Positions 23,272 to 31,639 of a stretch of DNA of 64,000 nucleotides are shown here, in pieces. The notes under the pieces were generated by a model that had not been told where the DNA came from, searched no databases, and saw only the letters and a list, made by a program, of their open reading frames with translations. This stretch comes from an uncultured bacterium. GTDB taxonomy: Bacteria; Patescibacteriota; Minisyncoccia; Phycocordibacterales; GWA1-40-21. Position numbers and translations under genes: made by a program. The DNA is taken from NCBI GenBank assembly GCA_963798465.1, contig CAWCTC010000001.1, positions 656,465 through 720,464 on the forward strand. The letters are read 5' to 3'. Each line of letters begins with the position of its first letter. Position 1 is the first letter of the stretch.

Positions 23272-25632
23272 TTATCTTACTTGCCAATCTTTTTTTGCAT
23301 TCATCTTATCGGTAATTTTCTGCATAATTGCATTTACTTCATCATCAGAAAGAGTTTTTTCATATGACTGAAAAATTATTCTGTATGCGTAAGAAGTTTT
23401 TTTAGTTCCGTCTTCCAAAGTTTTTGTGAAGACATCGAACAATCTGTTTTTCAACATAAGTTCTCCAGCATTTTTATTTATTATTTCCAAAACTTCATCG
23501 GCTTTCGTTCCTTCCGGAGTAAATACAGCAATATCGCGAATCATGAACGGAAATGGTGAAATCTTTTTAAATTTTAAGTCTCTACCATCTTCTTTTGGAA
23601 AATCATATTCTAAAACATCGGGTAAATTCTTAATCATATCTGAAATTAAAAATTCAGCGATATTTTCATCATTATTTATCTTCTCTAGTTTTAAGTTTAG
23701 TGTTTCAGAAAGCTTCTTCAAAGTTGCATCAAGCACATCTTTTTCTTTTGGTTTTTTAACTCCTGCTGGATTTTGTACTCCAATGACAAAATTTTCAGTT
23801 TCTCCATTAAAACTAAATACATGGCCAAATTCAAATATTTTTATTTGAGGCATATCAATAAGTTCAGAATATCTAGCATTTAGATCTAAAGAATCCTTGA
23901 TACCAGAAGAAAGATTAGTTCTCAAATATTTTTTCTCTGGAGATAAAGGTTTTAATAATTCAATATCACCCTTCTTTACAAAAGAGTAATTCATTACTTC
24001 AGAAAAACCTTCTTCATACAAAAAATTTCTTATTTTTTGCTTATAAGCAAAAACTTTATTTGTTTTTGGTTTTTTTATTGAATCAGGAATATCAATATAT
24101 TTTATTTTATCGTAACCATATATCCTTCCTATCTCTTCCGCGAGATCTTCCTTGATTCTCAAATCCAATCTTTCATCAGGAACAGTAATGACAAATCTTT
24201 CTTCATTGTCAGACATTCTTCTGTATCCGACGATATTTTTGAATCTTTCTGATATTTTTAAATCTTCTATAACTACTTTTCCTGTAAGAGATGTTGCATG
24301 AGTAACTTTTCCATCTCCTAAATATAATCCGCAATGATCTACCCCCTCTAGAACTTTAGTGCCAGGTAAAAATTCAATTGTTTCTGTGTATATCTTTCCA
24401 TCTTTTGTATTTGAAAATATAACATCTCCAGCCTTCAAATCTTTTTCTTCTATTTTTTCTCCAAACACATATTGATCAACTGACATTCTTGGAATCTGAA
24501 TTCCCGCTTGAGCAAAAAGGTTGCTGACAAAACCTGAGCAATCAAAAGCTTTCGGCGCATCGTAAGTTATGCTTGCTCCACGTTTATATGGAACTCCAAC
24601 AAAAGTTGGTGCGAGTTTCAAAACCTCATCAATCGGTCTGACTTTCTTCCATTCAAAATTAAATCTGTCAAAAATCTTTTCAATATCAGAATCTTTTATT
24701 GGAACGCCGATTATTGAGCTTGCTTCGGCTGAAGAAATGCCGAGCTTGAATTTATTTGCTCTTTTTGGATAATTATCTACAACATCTCCAACTTTTGTAT
24801 CTTTTGTTCCGGCAATTTCAACAATTAATTTTGTGAGAATATCCATCGCTTCCCCGCAAAGCTCAGGCGTCAAATCATTTTCATATCTTTTTGAAGCATC
24901 TGTTTGAATTTTAATTTTTTGTGCGGTTTTTCTTATGTTTACCGGGCTAAAATTCGCCGACTCCAAAATAATATTTTTTGTATTGAGATCGAGCTCAGCA
25001 AAATCTCCGCCTTTTATGCCGGCAATTGCAAGCGGATTTTTTCCGTCCGTAATAAGCAGGACGCTTTCATCAAGCTCGACTTCTTTTTTATCAAGAGTTG
25101 TTATTTTTTGGCCTTTCCCGGCATTTTTAACGACAATTTCATTGCCGATTTTATCAGAATCAAAAGCGTGCATCGGCTGGCCGATTTCAAGCATGACAAA
25201 ATTTGTCGCATCAACAATATTATTTATCGATCTCTGTCCGAGTATTTCCAGCTTTTCCGCTAGCCATTTTGGCGAAGGACCAACTTTGATATTTTCAACG
25301 ACTCTTCCGATATATCTTCTGCACAGTTTTTCATCATCAATTTTTACTTCAAGATTTTTTGAAGTTTTTGAAATATTAAAATCTTTAAATTTTCTAGAAT
25401 ATTTTTCTATTTTAATATCAGCAATAGTTCCGAGTTCTCTTGCAATTCCTCTGTGACATAAGCAACTATGATTTAAGTTTGGCGTAGCTTTTGTATCTAT
25501 GACAACATCACCATTCATTTTTTCAGTTCCTTCAACTTCCATCGAATGCATTTCCAAAAGCTCCACCGTTTTTTCAACTTTCGGTGCTTTGCCATTAAAA
25601 TATTCATTTAACCATTTATAAGAAACTTTCAT
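23272..25632 (-). CDS. pheT: Phenylalanine--tRNA ligase beta subunit carrying an internal NlpC/P60 insertion
   Basis: B1, B3_4 ('NNIVDATNFVMLEIGQPMHAFD'), B5 ('FVITVPDERLDLRIKEDLAEEIGRIYGYDKI'), core and C-terminal FDX-ACB-like segments are all present and intact. No OB-fold B2 domain was seen. Confidence 0.9.
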   Translation of the reverse strand: MKVSYKWLNEYFNGKAPKVEKTVELLEMHSMEVEGTEKMNGDVVIDTKATPNLNHSCLCHRGIARELGTIADIKIEKYSRKFKDFNISKTSKNLEVKIDDEKLCRRYIGRVVENIKVGPSPKWLAEKLEILGQRSINNIVDATNFVMLEIGQPMHAFDSDKIGNEIVVKNAGKGQKITTLDKKEVELDESVLLITDGKNPLAIAGIKGGDFAELDLNTKNIILESANFSPVNIRKTAQKIKIQTDASKRYENDLTPELCGEAMDILTKLIVEIAGTKDTKVGDVVDNYPKRANKFKLGISSAEASSIIGVPIKDSDIEKIFDRFNFEWKKVRPIDEVLKLAPTFVGVPYKRGASITYDAPKAFDCSGFVSNLFAQAGIQIPRMSVDQYVFGEKIEEKDLKAGDVIFSNTKDGKIYTETIEFLPGTKVLEGVDHCGLYLGDGKVTHATSLTGKVVIEDLKISERFKNIVGYRRMSDNEERFVITVPDERLDLRIKEDLAEEIGRIYGYDKIKYIDIPDSIKKPKTNKVFAYKQKIRNFLYEEGFSEVMNYSFVKKGDIELLKPLSPEKKYLRTNLSSGIKDSLDLNARYSELIDMPQIKIFEFGHVFSFNGETENFVIGVQNPAGVKKPKEKDVLDATLKKLSETLNLKLEKINNDENIAEFLISDMIKNLPDVLEYDFPKEDGRDLKFKKISPFPFMIRDIAVFTPEGTKADEVLEIINKNAGELMLKNRLFDVFTKTLEDGTKKTSYAYRIIFQSYEKTLSDDEVNAIMQKITDKMNAKKDWQVR
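24199..24642 (-). other. NlpC/P60 (C40 peptidase-like) module embedded in PheT (aa ~331-478)
   Basis: 'VGVPYKRGAS....FDCSGFVSNLF...DHCGLYLGDGKVTHAT' shows the canonical NlpC/P60 order with Cys, His and His present. Confidence 0.75.
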
Positions 25633-25694
25633 TGTTTTTATTTTTTGTATTTATTCGTAGCCATTCGTAACATTCGCATAATATTCGTATCTTA

Positions 25695-26453
25695 TTAAAA
25701 TTGATTTACTAATCTCAAGTCTCCAGAATATAAAAGTCGGATATCATCTATTTCATATTTAAGCATTGCAAGTCTGTCTACTCCAAAACCAAAAGCAAAA
25801 CCTCTCCAATCATTAGAATTTATTCCTACACTATTTAAAACTTTTGGGTGCACCATTCCTGCACCACCGAGCTCAAGCCATCCAGAACCTCCGCAAAGCT
25901 GACACTTACCTTCTCCTTTGCATTTAAAACAAGTGACGTCAACTTCAACACCTGGTTCAACAAAAGGAAAATAACTAGGTCTAAATCTAACATTTACATC
26001 CTTCTTTAAAAATTTATCAAAAAAAGTATTTATTGTAGATTTTAAATCAGCTAAGGAAACATTCTTATCTACAAGAAGTCCTTCACACTGGTGAAATAAC
26101 GCTTCGTGTCTTGCATCTGTAGCTTCATTTCTAAAAACTCTTCCTGGACAAATTATTTTGAAAGGAGGTTTATTATTTTCCATATAACGAATCTGCATGG
26201 CACTAGTTTGGGTGGTCATAAGTCTATCTTCTTTTTCTCCAAAATTTTTACTTGATTTAATCCAAAAAGTATCCTGCATATCGCGCGCAGGGTGATCCTT
26301 AGGAACATTTAGTGCATCAAAATTGTGGTATTCGTCTTCTAGCTCAGGACCATCTACTAGAGTAAATCCCATCTCAAAAAAGATTCTGTTCATGTCGTCT
26401 ATAACACGAGTGAGCGGATGAATATGTATATTTTTTTGATTTGTATCTTGCAT
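25695..26453 (-). CDS. pheS: Phenylalanine--tRNA ligase alpha subunit (short form, no N-terminal coiled coil)
   Basis: Carries the class II motifs 'HPARDMQDTF', 'PGRVFRNE', 'FRPSYFPFVEPGVEVDV' and 'GAGMVHPKVL..GFAFGFGVDRLAML'. Confidence 0.92.
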   Translation of the reverse strand: MQDTNQKNIHIHPLTRVIDDMNRIFFEMGFTLVDGPELEDEYHNFDALNVPKDHPARDMQDTFWIKSSKNFGEKEDRLMTTQTSAMQIRYMENNKPPFKIICPGRVFRNEATDARHEALFHQCEGLLVDKNVSLADLKSTINTFFDKFLKKDVNVRFRPSYFPFVEPGVEVDVTCFKCKGEGKCQLCGGSGWLELGGAGMVHPKVLNSVGINSNDWRGFAFGFGVDRLAMLKYEIDDIRLLYSGDLRLVNQF

Positions 26454-26457
26454 ATGT

Positions 26458-26596
26458 TTACCCGAGAAAATTTTTGCTGATAAAAATGTTATTGCTAATA
26501 TTTTGATAAATTATATTTTATTACTATTTCTGCCCTGATAGATACAGTATCTTTTTTGCATTTTCAATAACATCAGCAAAAACTTTAACGGGTTAA
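26458..26596 (-). repeat. Family-1 intergenic hairpin element, copy C (4 nt from pheS ATG)
   Basis: The ends are 'TTACCCGAGAAAATTTTTGCTGATAAAAATGTTATTG' and 'CAATAACATCAGCAAAAACTTTAACGGGTTAA'. Confidence 0.75.
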
Positions 26597-26617
26597 TTAT
26601 ACAGAAAATACGAAGTT

Positions 26618-27514
26618 TTACAAAAGAATTTCAGAAATATTATTGCCATCCTTAACATATAAAGAACCATCAATCATCTTGAAGTCCGGATCTTTTCCGG
26701 TATAAATAATCTGTGTAATTTTATTAGGATTATCTTCTATCTGTATTGCAAACACCAATCCACCAACTGATGTGACTATGACGCCATCATATCCGGACAA
26801 GAAATCTATTTCTGTCGGTGATTTTGGCAGATCAAAAACTAATTTATTTTCTGTACAATCCGATGATTCATCGCACAGATATTTTGGAGCGGAATCATTG
26901 CTGCCGAACCATTTTACAAAAATCTTTCCGTTCTCATTCCATAAACCTAGATTGCCATTCATAATTGGAGATATTTTCGTTCCAAGATTATTTTTTAAAT
27001 TTATTCCTATTGTGGACAGCGCCTGAGAAATTTTTGTACTCGTGGCGGTAAAAATAGAAAGAATGTCTTCATATTCCTGATTTTTAATTTTTACGGAACT
27101 TGTCGCGCCATTACTTTCAGTTTCAAAAACATATTCAGGTATTTCTCTCGCTCCGATTTTTTCCGGCAGCATAAAAACATCGGCATTTTCCACTAAATTA
27201 TTGGCTACCTGTATTTTTTTGGTCCAAGTATTGTATTCCGTTTTTTTAACTTGAATTTCATATTTTCCAGGAACAAGATTCCTTATTAGAATATCTCTTT
27301 TGAAAAAAGACGTCTTGTCTTCAAATTTATTATTCAAAAAAATTTCAGAACCTATCGGAGCATCGGAAACGTAAATGCCTCCGGTTGCCAAAATATTCCA
27401 CCCATCTGAAAATATGTCTCCGTTTGCATAAAGAACTACAAGCGGAGCTATCACTATAAATAATATTATAAATATTAATAATTTTAATCTTTTTTTTGTA
27501 ATAATATTTGTCAT
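26618..27514 (-). CDS. Membrane-anchored PEGA-domain protein
   Basis: N-terminal TM helix, with a PEGA-like segment 'VSDAPIGSEIFLNNKF...IRNLVPGKYEIQVKKTEYNTW'. Confidence 0.6.
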   Translation of the reverse strand: MTNIITKKRLKLLIFIILFIVIAPLVVLYANGDIFSDGWNILATGGIYVSDAPIGSEIFLNNKFEDKTSFFKRDILIRNLVPGKYEIQVKKTEYNTWTKKIQVANNLVENADVFMLPEKIGAREIPEYVFETESNGATSSVKIKNQEYEDILSIFTATSTKISQALSTIGINLKNNLGTKISPIMNGNLGLWNENGKIFVKWFGSNDSAPKYLCDESSDCTENKLVFDLPKSPTEIDFLSGYDGVIVTSVGGLVFAIQIEDNPNKITQIIYTGKDPDFKMIDGSLYVKDGNNISEILL

Positions 27515-27531
27515 GTAGTTTAAAATTGAAT

Positions 27532-29094
27532 CTATGAAATTTTAGATTCCGAATTATTAGCTTCTTTCATATGTTTTGGCGTAACCCAAAAACCCATATA
27601 TTTTCCGAACATCAGCCTAGTTTGCGCATCTATTGATGGAATACTTCCTATAAATATTACCAAAATTGGAATTAAAAACCACTGCAACCAGAATATTGTT
27701 TTTTCCTTCCAGCCAAGACCTGTCGGGTGTGGTGGCAAAAATTCATAAGAAATAAAAGCAGAAAGTAAAAGACCTATCATAGTTATGCTTATAAGATGAC
27801 CGGCCATTATCGGCAGATTGTATGACAAAACCGTTGAGTTGAAATTTCTTCCTCCGAACCATAGAATAAACCATCCCGAAAGTAAAATAACGAGTGACAC
27901 CATTGAACGAGTCCAAAATGAATCAATCATGAGGAATGAAAGAACAATTTTTTTCTTTAGTTGAACTTTTTTATTTTTTAAGAAACCCATAAAAATGTAA
28001 GGCATGTTTTCAACGCCCCATGCCCATCTTCTCTGCTGCTTGTAAATATTTTTAATTGTTTCCCAAAAACCTGGAGCCAGATTTGCATCCATATAAATCG
28101 GATAGCACATCGGCACAACTTTATAATCGCCGTCGAAAGCGAAAAAAGCATTCCAAAAAATTCTGGTATCTTCAGAAACCATATTTTTCTGCCAATATCC
28201 TAATTCATCCAATGCCTTGAAACTCATTGAGTGCGAAGAAAAAGTGACGAGCGTATCCGGCCTTTCCTGCTGCATCATCTGAAGCAAAGAAACGAAAGCA
28301 CTGGAAAGCCTGGAAATAGTATTCGTGTCCCAAAGATTATTATTATAAAAAGGAACTGGCTGGAATGAAGTTCGCAAAGGTTCTTCGGTTGTCAAAAAAT
28401 TCCAAGTCAGACAATTGAAATAATCCGGCAAAACAACCGTATCTATATCAAATGCCGAAACGATTACATTTTCATAAGGTATTTTTTCTTTGTCCAAAAT
28501 CTGAATTTTTGTCTGCTCCGCCGCATAAGCGATATTTGATCCCTTTCCCGGCATTTCTCCCGGCAGATCTTTCGGATGAACTGTTATCAGAAGATGTCCG
28601 AATTTATCTTTATATTTTTTTTCTATCTCTTCGGAAACTTTTCTCGCCTGCTCGCCTGCCCTTTCCTCAGAAGCCATGACGACTATCATTTTTTTCATGT
28701 CATATCTGCTCGCCAATATCGAATCCAATCCTCTCTTTGCGACCTCGTAGCTTTCATTATAAAAAGGCAAAAGTATCACATGATAAAGATGTCCGTATTC
28801 AAAATGTAGAAGCCTTTCTTTCCAATCGATTTTCACATTATGAGAAGTTTTTCTCCAATTTTGATAAAGATATATCGAAAAATACGCCGTCCTTAAAAGC
28901 CAATAGACATCGAAAACTATTATGAATATGGCGCTCTCATACGGAAAAAAAAACGGGCATATGAACAAAAGTGCCACAGTCGCCCACGTAAGAAAACCAG
29001 GGAAAATTTCAAACAAACGATATATAAATCTGTCCATTCCGGACAAATCGCTTGCTTTTCCGACTCTATAATAAATACTATCTTTGAATTCCAT
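27532..29094 (-). CDS. Integral-membrane family-2 glycosyltransferase, processive (cellulose/chitin-synthase-like)
   Basis: A GT-A region ('LLPFYNES') and the 'QQRRWAWG' (QxxRW) motif are flanked by multiple TM helices. Confidence 0.7.
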   Translation of the reverse strand: MEFKDSIYYRVGKASDLSGMDRFIYRLFEIFPGFLTWATVALLFICPFFFPYESAIFIIVFDVYWLLRTAYFSIYLYQNWRKTSHNVKIDWKERLLHFEYGHLYHVILLPFYNESYEVAKRGLDSILASRYDMKKMIVVMASEERAGEQARKVSEEIEKKYKDKFGHLLITVHPKDLPGEMPGKGSNIAYAAEQTKIQILDKEKIPYENVIVSAFDIDTVVLPDYFNCLTWNFLTTEEPLRTSFQPVPFYNNNLWDTNTISRLSSAFVSLLQMMQQERPDTLVTFSSHSMSFKALDELGYWQKNMVSEDTRIFWNAFFAFDGDYKVVPMCYPIYMDANLAPGFWETIKNIYKQQRRWAWGVENMPYIFMGFLKNKKVQLKKKIVLSFLMIDSFWTRSMVSLVILLSGWFILWFGGRNFNSTVLSYNLPIMAGHLISITMIGLLLSAFISYEFLPPHPTGLGWKEKTIFWLQWFLIPILVIFIGSIPSIDAQTRLMFGKYMGFWVTPKHMKEANNSESKIS

Positions 29095-29171
29095 TTAGAT
29101 TGAAAGAATAGCGTAAAAATGTGCGAATTGCAAAATAAAATATTTAGAAAATTTTAGCGCAAACTACAACT

Positions 29172-29585
29172 CTAAATATTATTTTTTACATATTTGAATT
29201 TTCTCCACAATCTGCCGCTGCCTTTATTTAGGTTTTTAAAATTTGATGTCAAAGCATGACAGTTTGGACAAATCAACCTCAAATTCTTTTCTAAATTATT
29301 TTCTGAATTACCGTCAATATGATCAATCTCAAGAGGAACTTTTCCGGTAATTTTATGTTTTTTATTCCATCCGCACAAACTGCACATCTCACCGTTTTTC
29401 TGTATAAAATATTTTTTAATATACTTTGAGATATTTCTTGTGATAATTCCTCTCTTGCCATTTTTTTTGCCTGCTTTCCAAAATTTAATATATTTTTTAA
29501 ATTGATAATCTATCTGACATTTGTTCGAACAATATTTTATCTGTGAGCGTGTTTTTAATTTCTTTTTGCAATTTATGCATTTCAT
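29172..29585 (-). CDS. HNH endonuclease with N-terminal zinc ribbon
   Basis: 'CINCKKKL..YCSNKC' and 'LEIDHIDGNSENNLEKNLRLICPNCHA'. Confidence 0.8.
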   Translation of the reverse strand: MKCINCKKKLKTRSQIKYCSNKCQIDYQFKKYIKFWKAGKKNGKRGIITRNISKYIKKYFIQKNGEMCSLCGWNKKHKITGKVPLEIDHIDGNSENNLEKNLRLICPNCHALTSNFKNLNKGSGRLWRKFKYVKNNI

Positions 29586-29672
29586 TTAAAATATTATACC
29601 ACAGATTATATCGCACTGTGGTATTAACACTGGATTTTTTTATAATATTGTGTATAATCCTAAAAAGAATAA

Positions 29673-29745
29673 GCCACCTTAGCTCAGTTGGTAGAGCGCC
29701 ACTTTTGTAAAGTGGATGTCCCCAGTTCAAATCTGGGAGGTGGCT
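29673..29745 (+). tRNA. tRNA-Thr (anticodon UGU), discriminator U, CCA not encoded
   Basis: Manual cloverleaf: acceptor GCCACCT/AGGTGGC, D arm GCTC-AGTTGGTA-GAGC, anticodon arm CCACT-TTTGTAA-AGTGG, T arm CCCAG-TTCAAAT-CTGGG. Confidence 0.9.
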
Positions 29746-29754
29746 CAAAAAAAA

Positions 29755-29782
29755 CAAGTTGCTTTAAGCAACTGTTATTTCA
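29755..29782 (+). terminator. Putative terminator after tRNA-Thr (AGTTGC-TTTAA-GCAACT)
   Basis: 6-bp stem followed by a T-rich tract. Confidence 0.4.
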
Positions 29783-29789
29783 TTCAAAA

Positions 29790-30167
29790 TTACAAACTTT
29801 TTTTCCTGAGAGAATTTTTATAATCCGAAACATTCTTTATAAAAAAAGATACTGAATTCTTTTTCAAATGGCTGGGTTTCTGAGGACTAAGAAAAAATGC
29901 CGGCTGTTTGCTGTCGAATTTTCTCTTTAAATATATTATTTCCTTTTTTATGAAGTCTGCGGTTCTGACGGTCAATCTATGGAAGTTTTCAAATTTTATT
30001 TTTGAAAAAATATTTTTACTATGATGATATATCTTTCTGCAATGCGCGTCGTTCTCGCAAACTATGTTTGAAATAGCTTCGTGATGATCCAGAGAAAATC
30101 CAAAATACTTTATCGCAAACATTGCGACTATGAGAAATAAGGATGTATAAAATAAGATAAAAGCCAT
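29790..30167 (-). CDS. Hypothetical protein with N-terminal TM helix (125 aa)
   Basis: Intact ORF downstream of tsf. Confidence 0.45.
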   Translation of the reverse strand: MAFILFYTSLFLIVAMFAIKYFGFSLDHHEAISNIVCENDAHCRKIYHHSKNIFSKIKFENFHRLTVRTADFIKKEIIYLKRKFDSKQPAFFLSPQKPSHLKKNSVSFFIKNVSDYKNSLRKKSL

Positions 30168-30192
30168 ATGTGTTTAATTAAACAAAATGATT

Positions 30193-30801
30193 TTAACAAA
30201 CTTTCGGGCCTGTGATTTCGCTTGTGCTGAGACGGACAAATCTTGCCACTTCTATCTTCTCGCCAAATTTTTGTATCGCGTTTTGAATCAAAGTATTTAC
30301 TGTTATCGATGGATCTTTTATAAAATCCTGTTCCAATAATATTCTTTCTTTGAAAAAGGCATCGAGCTTTCCGGCTAAAATCTTTTCTCTCATCGCTTCC
30401 GGCTTATCTTTGACTTCATCCTCAAATGCATCGAGAACTTTTGTTCTAGATTCAAGAGACACATCGTCTTTTTTTATGTAAGCAGGATTCGTAGCTGCAA
30501 TCTGCATGGCTATATCATAAGCAAGTTGTTTAAAATCTTCATTTTTTGAAACAAAATCTGATTCGCTTGAAAGTTCAACAAGAACTCCGACTGAACCTAT
30601 TCCGTGAATATAGGAAACTATTCTGCTTGATTTCAAAACTCTGTCAGCTTTTTTAGCTGCTGTCTCTGCTCCTTTCTTCTGCAAATAGATCATTGCTTTA
30701 TCCATATCTCCCTTTGCTTCCTCAAGAGCTTTTTTGCACTGCATTATAGAGATTCCTGTTTTCTCGCGGAGATTCTTAACTTGTTCCATTGATATTTCCA
30801 T
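30193..30801 (-). CDS. tsf: Elongation factor Ts (short form)
   Basis: UBA-like N-terminus 'VKNLREKTGISIMQCKKALEEAKGDMDKAMIYLQKKG'. The true start may be the second Met (30789). Confidence 0.88.
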   Translation of the reverse strand: MEISMEQVKNLREKTGISIMQCKKALEEAKGDMDKAMIYLQKKGAETAAKKADRVLKSSRIVSYIHGIGSVGVLVELSSESDFVSKNEDFKQLAYDIAMQIAATNPAYIKKDDVSLESRTKVLDAFEDEVKDKPEAMREKILAGKLDAFFKERILLEQDFIKDPSITVNTLIQNAIQKFGEKIEVARFVRLSTSEITGPKVC

Positions 30802-30804
30802 AAT

Positions 30805-30850
30805 TGATTTTGCGAAATCACGTCGCGCGACCGTCCTTTAAGCGCGATGC
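30805..30850 (-). repeat. Two-hairpin 'AAGGAC-loop' element, copy 2 (abuts tsf start)
   Basis: Minus strand reads 'UCGCGC-uuaAAGGACgguc-GCGCGA' then 'UGAUUU-CGCA-AAAUCA' then AUUAUG. Confidence 0.65.
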
Positions 30851-30928
30851 TATTCATATTTAATTAATTTGATAATGACCAAACAAAAATTTTTTTTTAC
30901 AAAAAAAAGTAAAAATTGAAACCGAATC

Positions 30929-31639
30929 TTAAGCCTTCGCAACTTTGCCAGCTTTATATGATTTTACTATTTGTGACACGAAAAATGCAATACTTGAAGT
31001 TGATGCGTCATTCGCAACAATAGGAAAATCTATTTCTTTGATATTGCAATCTGTGTTTGCAACTGCAATAACCGGTATTCCAGCTTTCTTTGCTTCAGCA
31101 ACTGCTATATTTTCTTTCTTTGGGTCAATCACAAAAAGTGCTTTTGGCATTTCTCTCATACTGACAATTCCTGAAAACATTTCGTCGAGATTTTCTATTT
31201 CTCTGTCGATAAGCAATCTTTCCTTCTTGGTATATTTTGTCAATTCGCCTTTTTCTTTTTGTTTTTGCAAATCTTCAAACTTTGCAATTCTCTTTTTGAT
31301 TTCTGTAAAATTTGTAATTGCGCCTCCAATCCATCTTCCATCAACATATGGCATATCTATGGACATTGCGCCGATTTTTACCGCAGTCTTTGCTTCGCTT
31401 TTTCCTCCGACAAAAAGTATTTGTCTGCCTGCTTTTGCTAAATCTGAAACGAACGCTTCAGCTTTCTCGAGCTGTGGAAGTGTCTTTTCAAGATCGATAA
31501 TTTCTATTTTATTCTTCGTTCCAAAAATAAATGGCGAAGTCGAAGAATCTCTTCTTGATTTCTGATAACCGAAATGAGCTCCTGCTTTAAACATTTCATC
31601 AATAATATCGCTTGTTTTTGTTTTCTTTTCTTCTGTCAT
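30929..31639 (-). CDS. rpsB: 30S ribosomal protein S2
   Basis: 'MFKAGAHFGYQKSRRD' and 'ILFVGGKSEA' are typical uS2 motifs, and the gene has the conserved rpsB-tsf order. Confidence 0.92.
   Translation of the reverse strand: MTEEKKTKTSDIIDEMFKAGAHFGYQKSRRDSSTSPFIFGTKNKIEIIDLEKTLPQLEKAEAFVSDLAKAGRQILFVGGKSEAKTAVKIGAMSIDMPYVDGRWIGGAITNFTEIKKRIAKFEDLQKQKEKGELTKYTKKERLLIDREIENLDEMFSGIVSMREMPKALFVIDPKKENIAVAEAKKAGIPVIAVANTDCNIKEIDFPIVANDASTSSIAFFVSQIVKSYKAGKVAKA

Noticed and set aside
25878-25935. CxxC-x-G-x-G-x-CxxC insert ('TCFKCKGEGKCQLCGGSGW') in PheS as a novel zinc knuckle.
   Set aside because: From memory, a similar Cys-rich insert at this position occurs in PheS of several Gram-positive and thermophilic bacteria, so it is probably an ordinary lineage variant.
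29497-29757. 86-aa minus-strand ORF.
   Set aside because: It overlaps the entire tRNA-Thr gene on the opposite strand and part of the HNH gene, so it is spurious.
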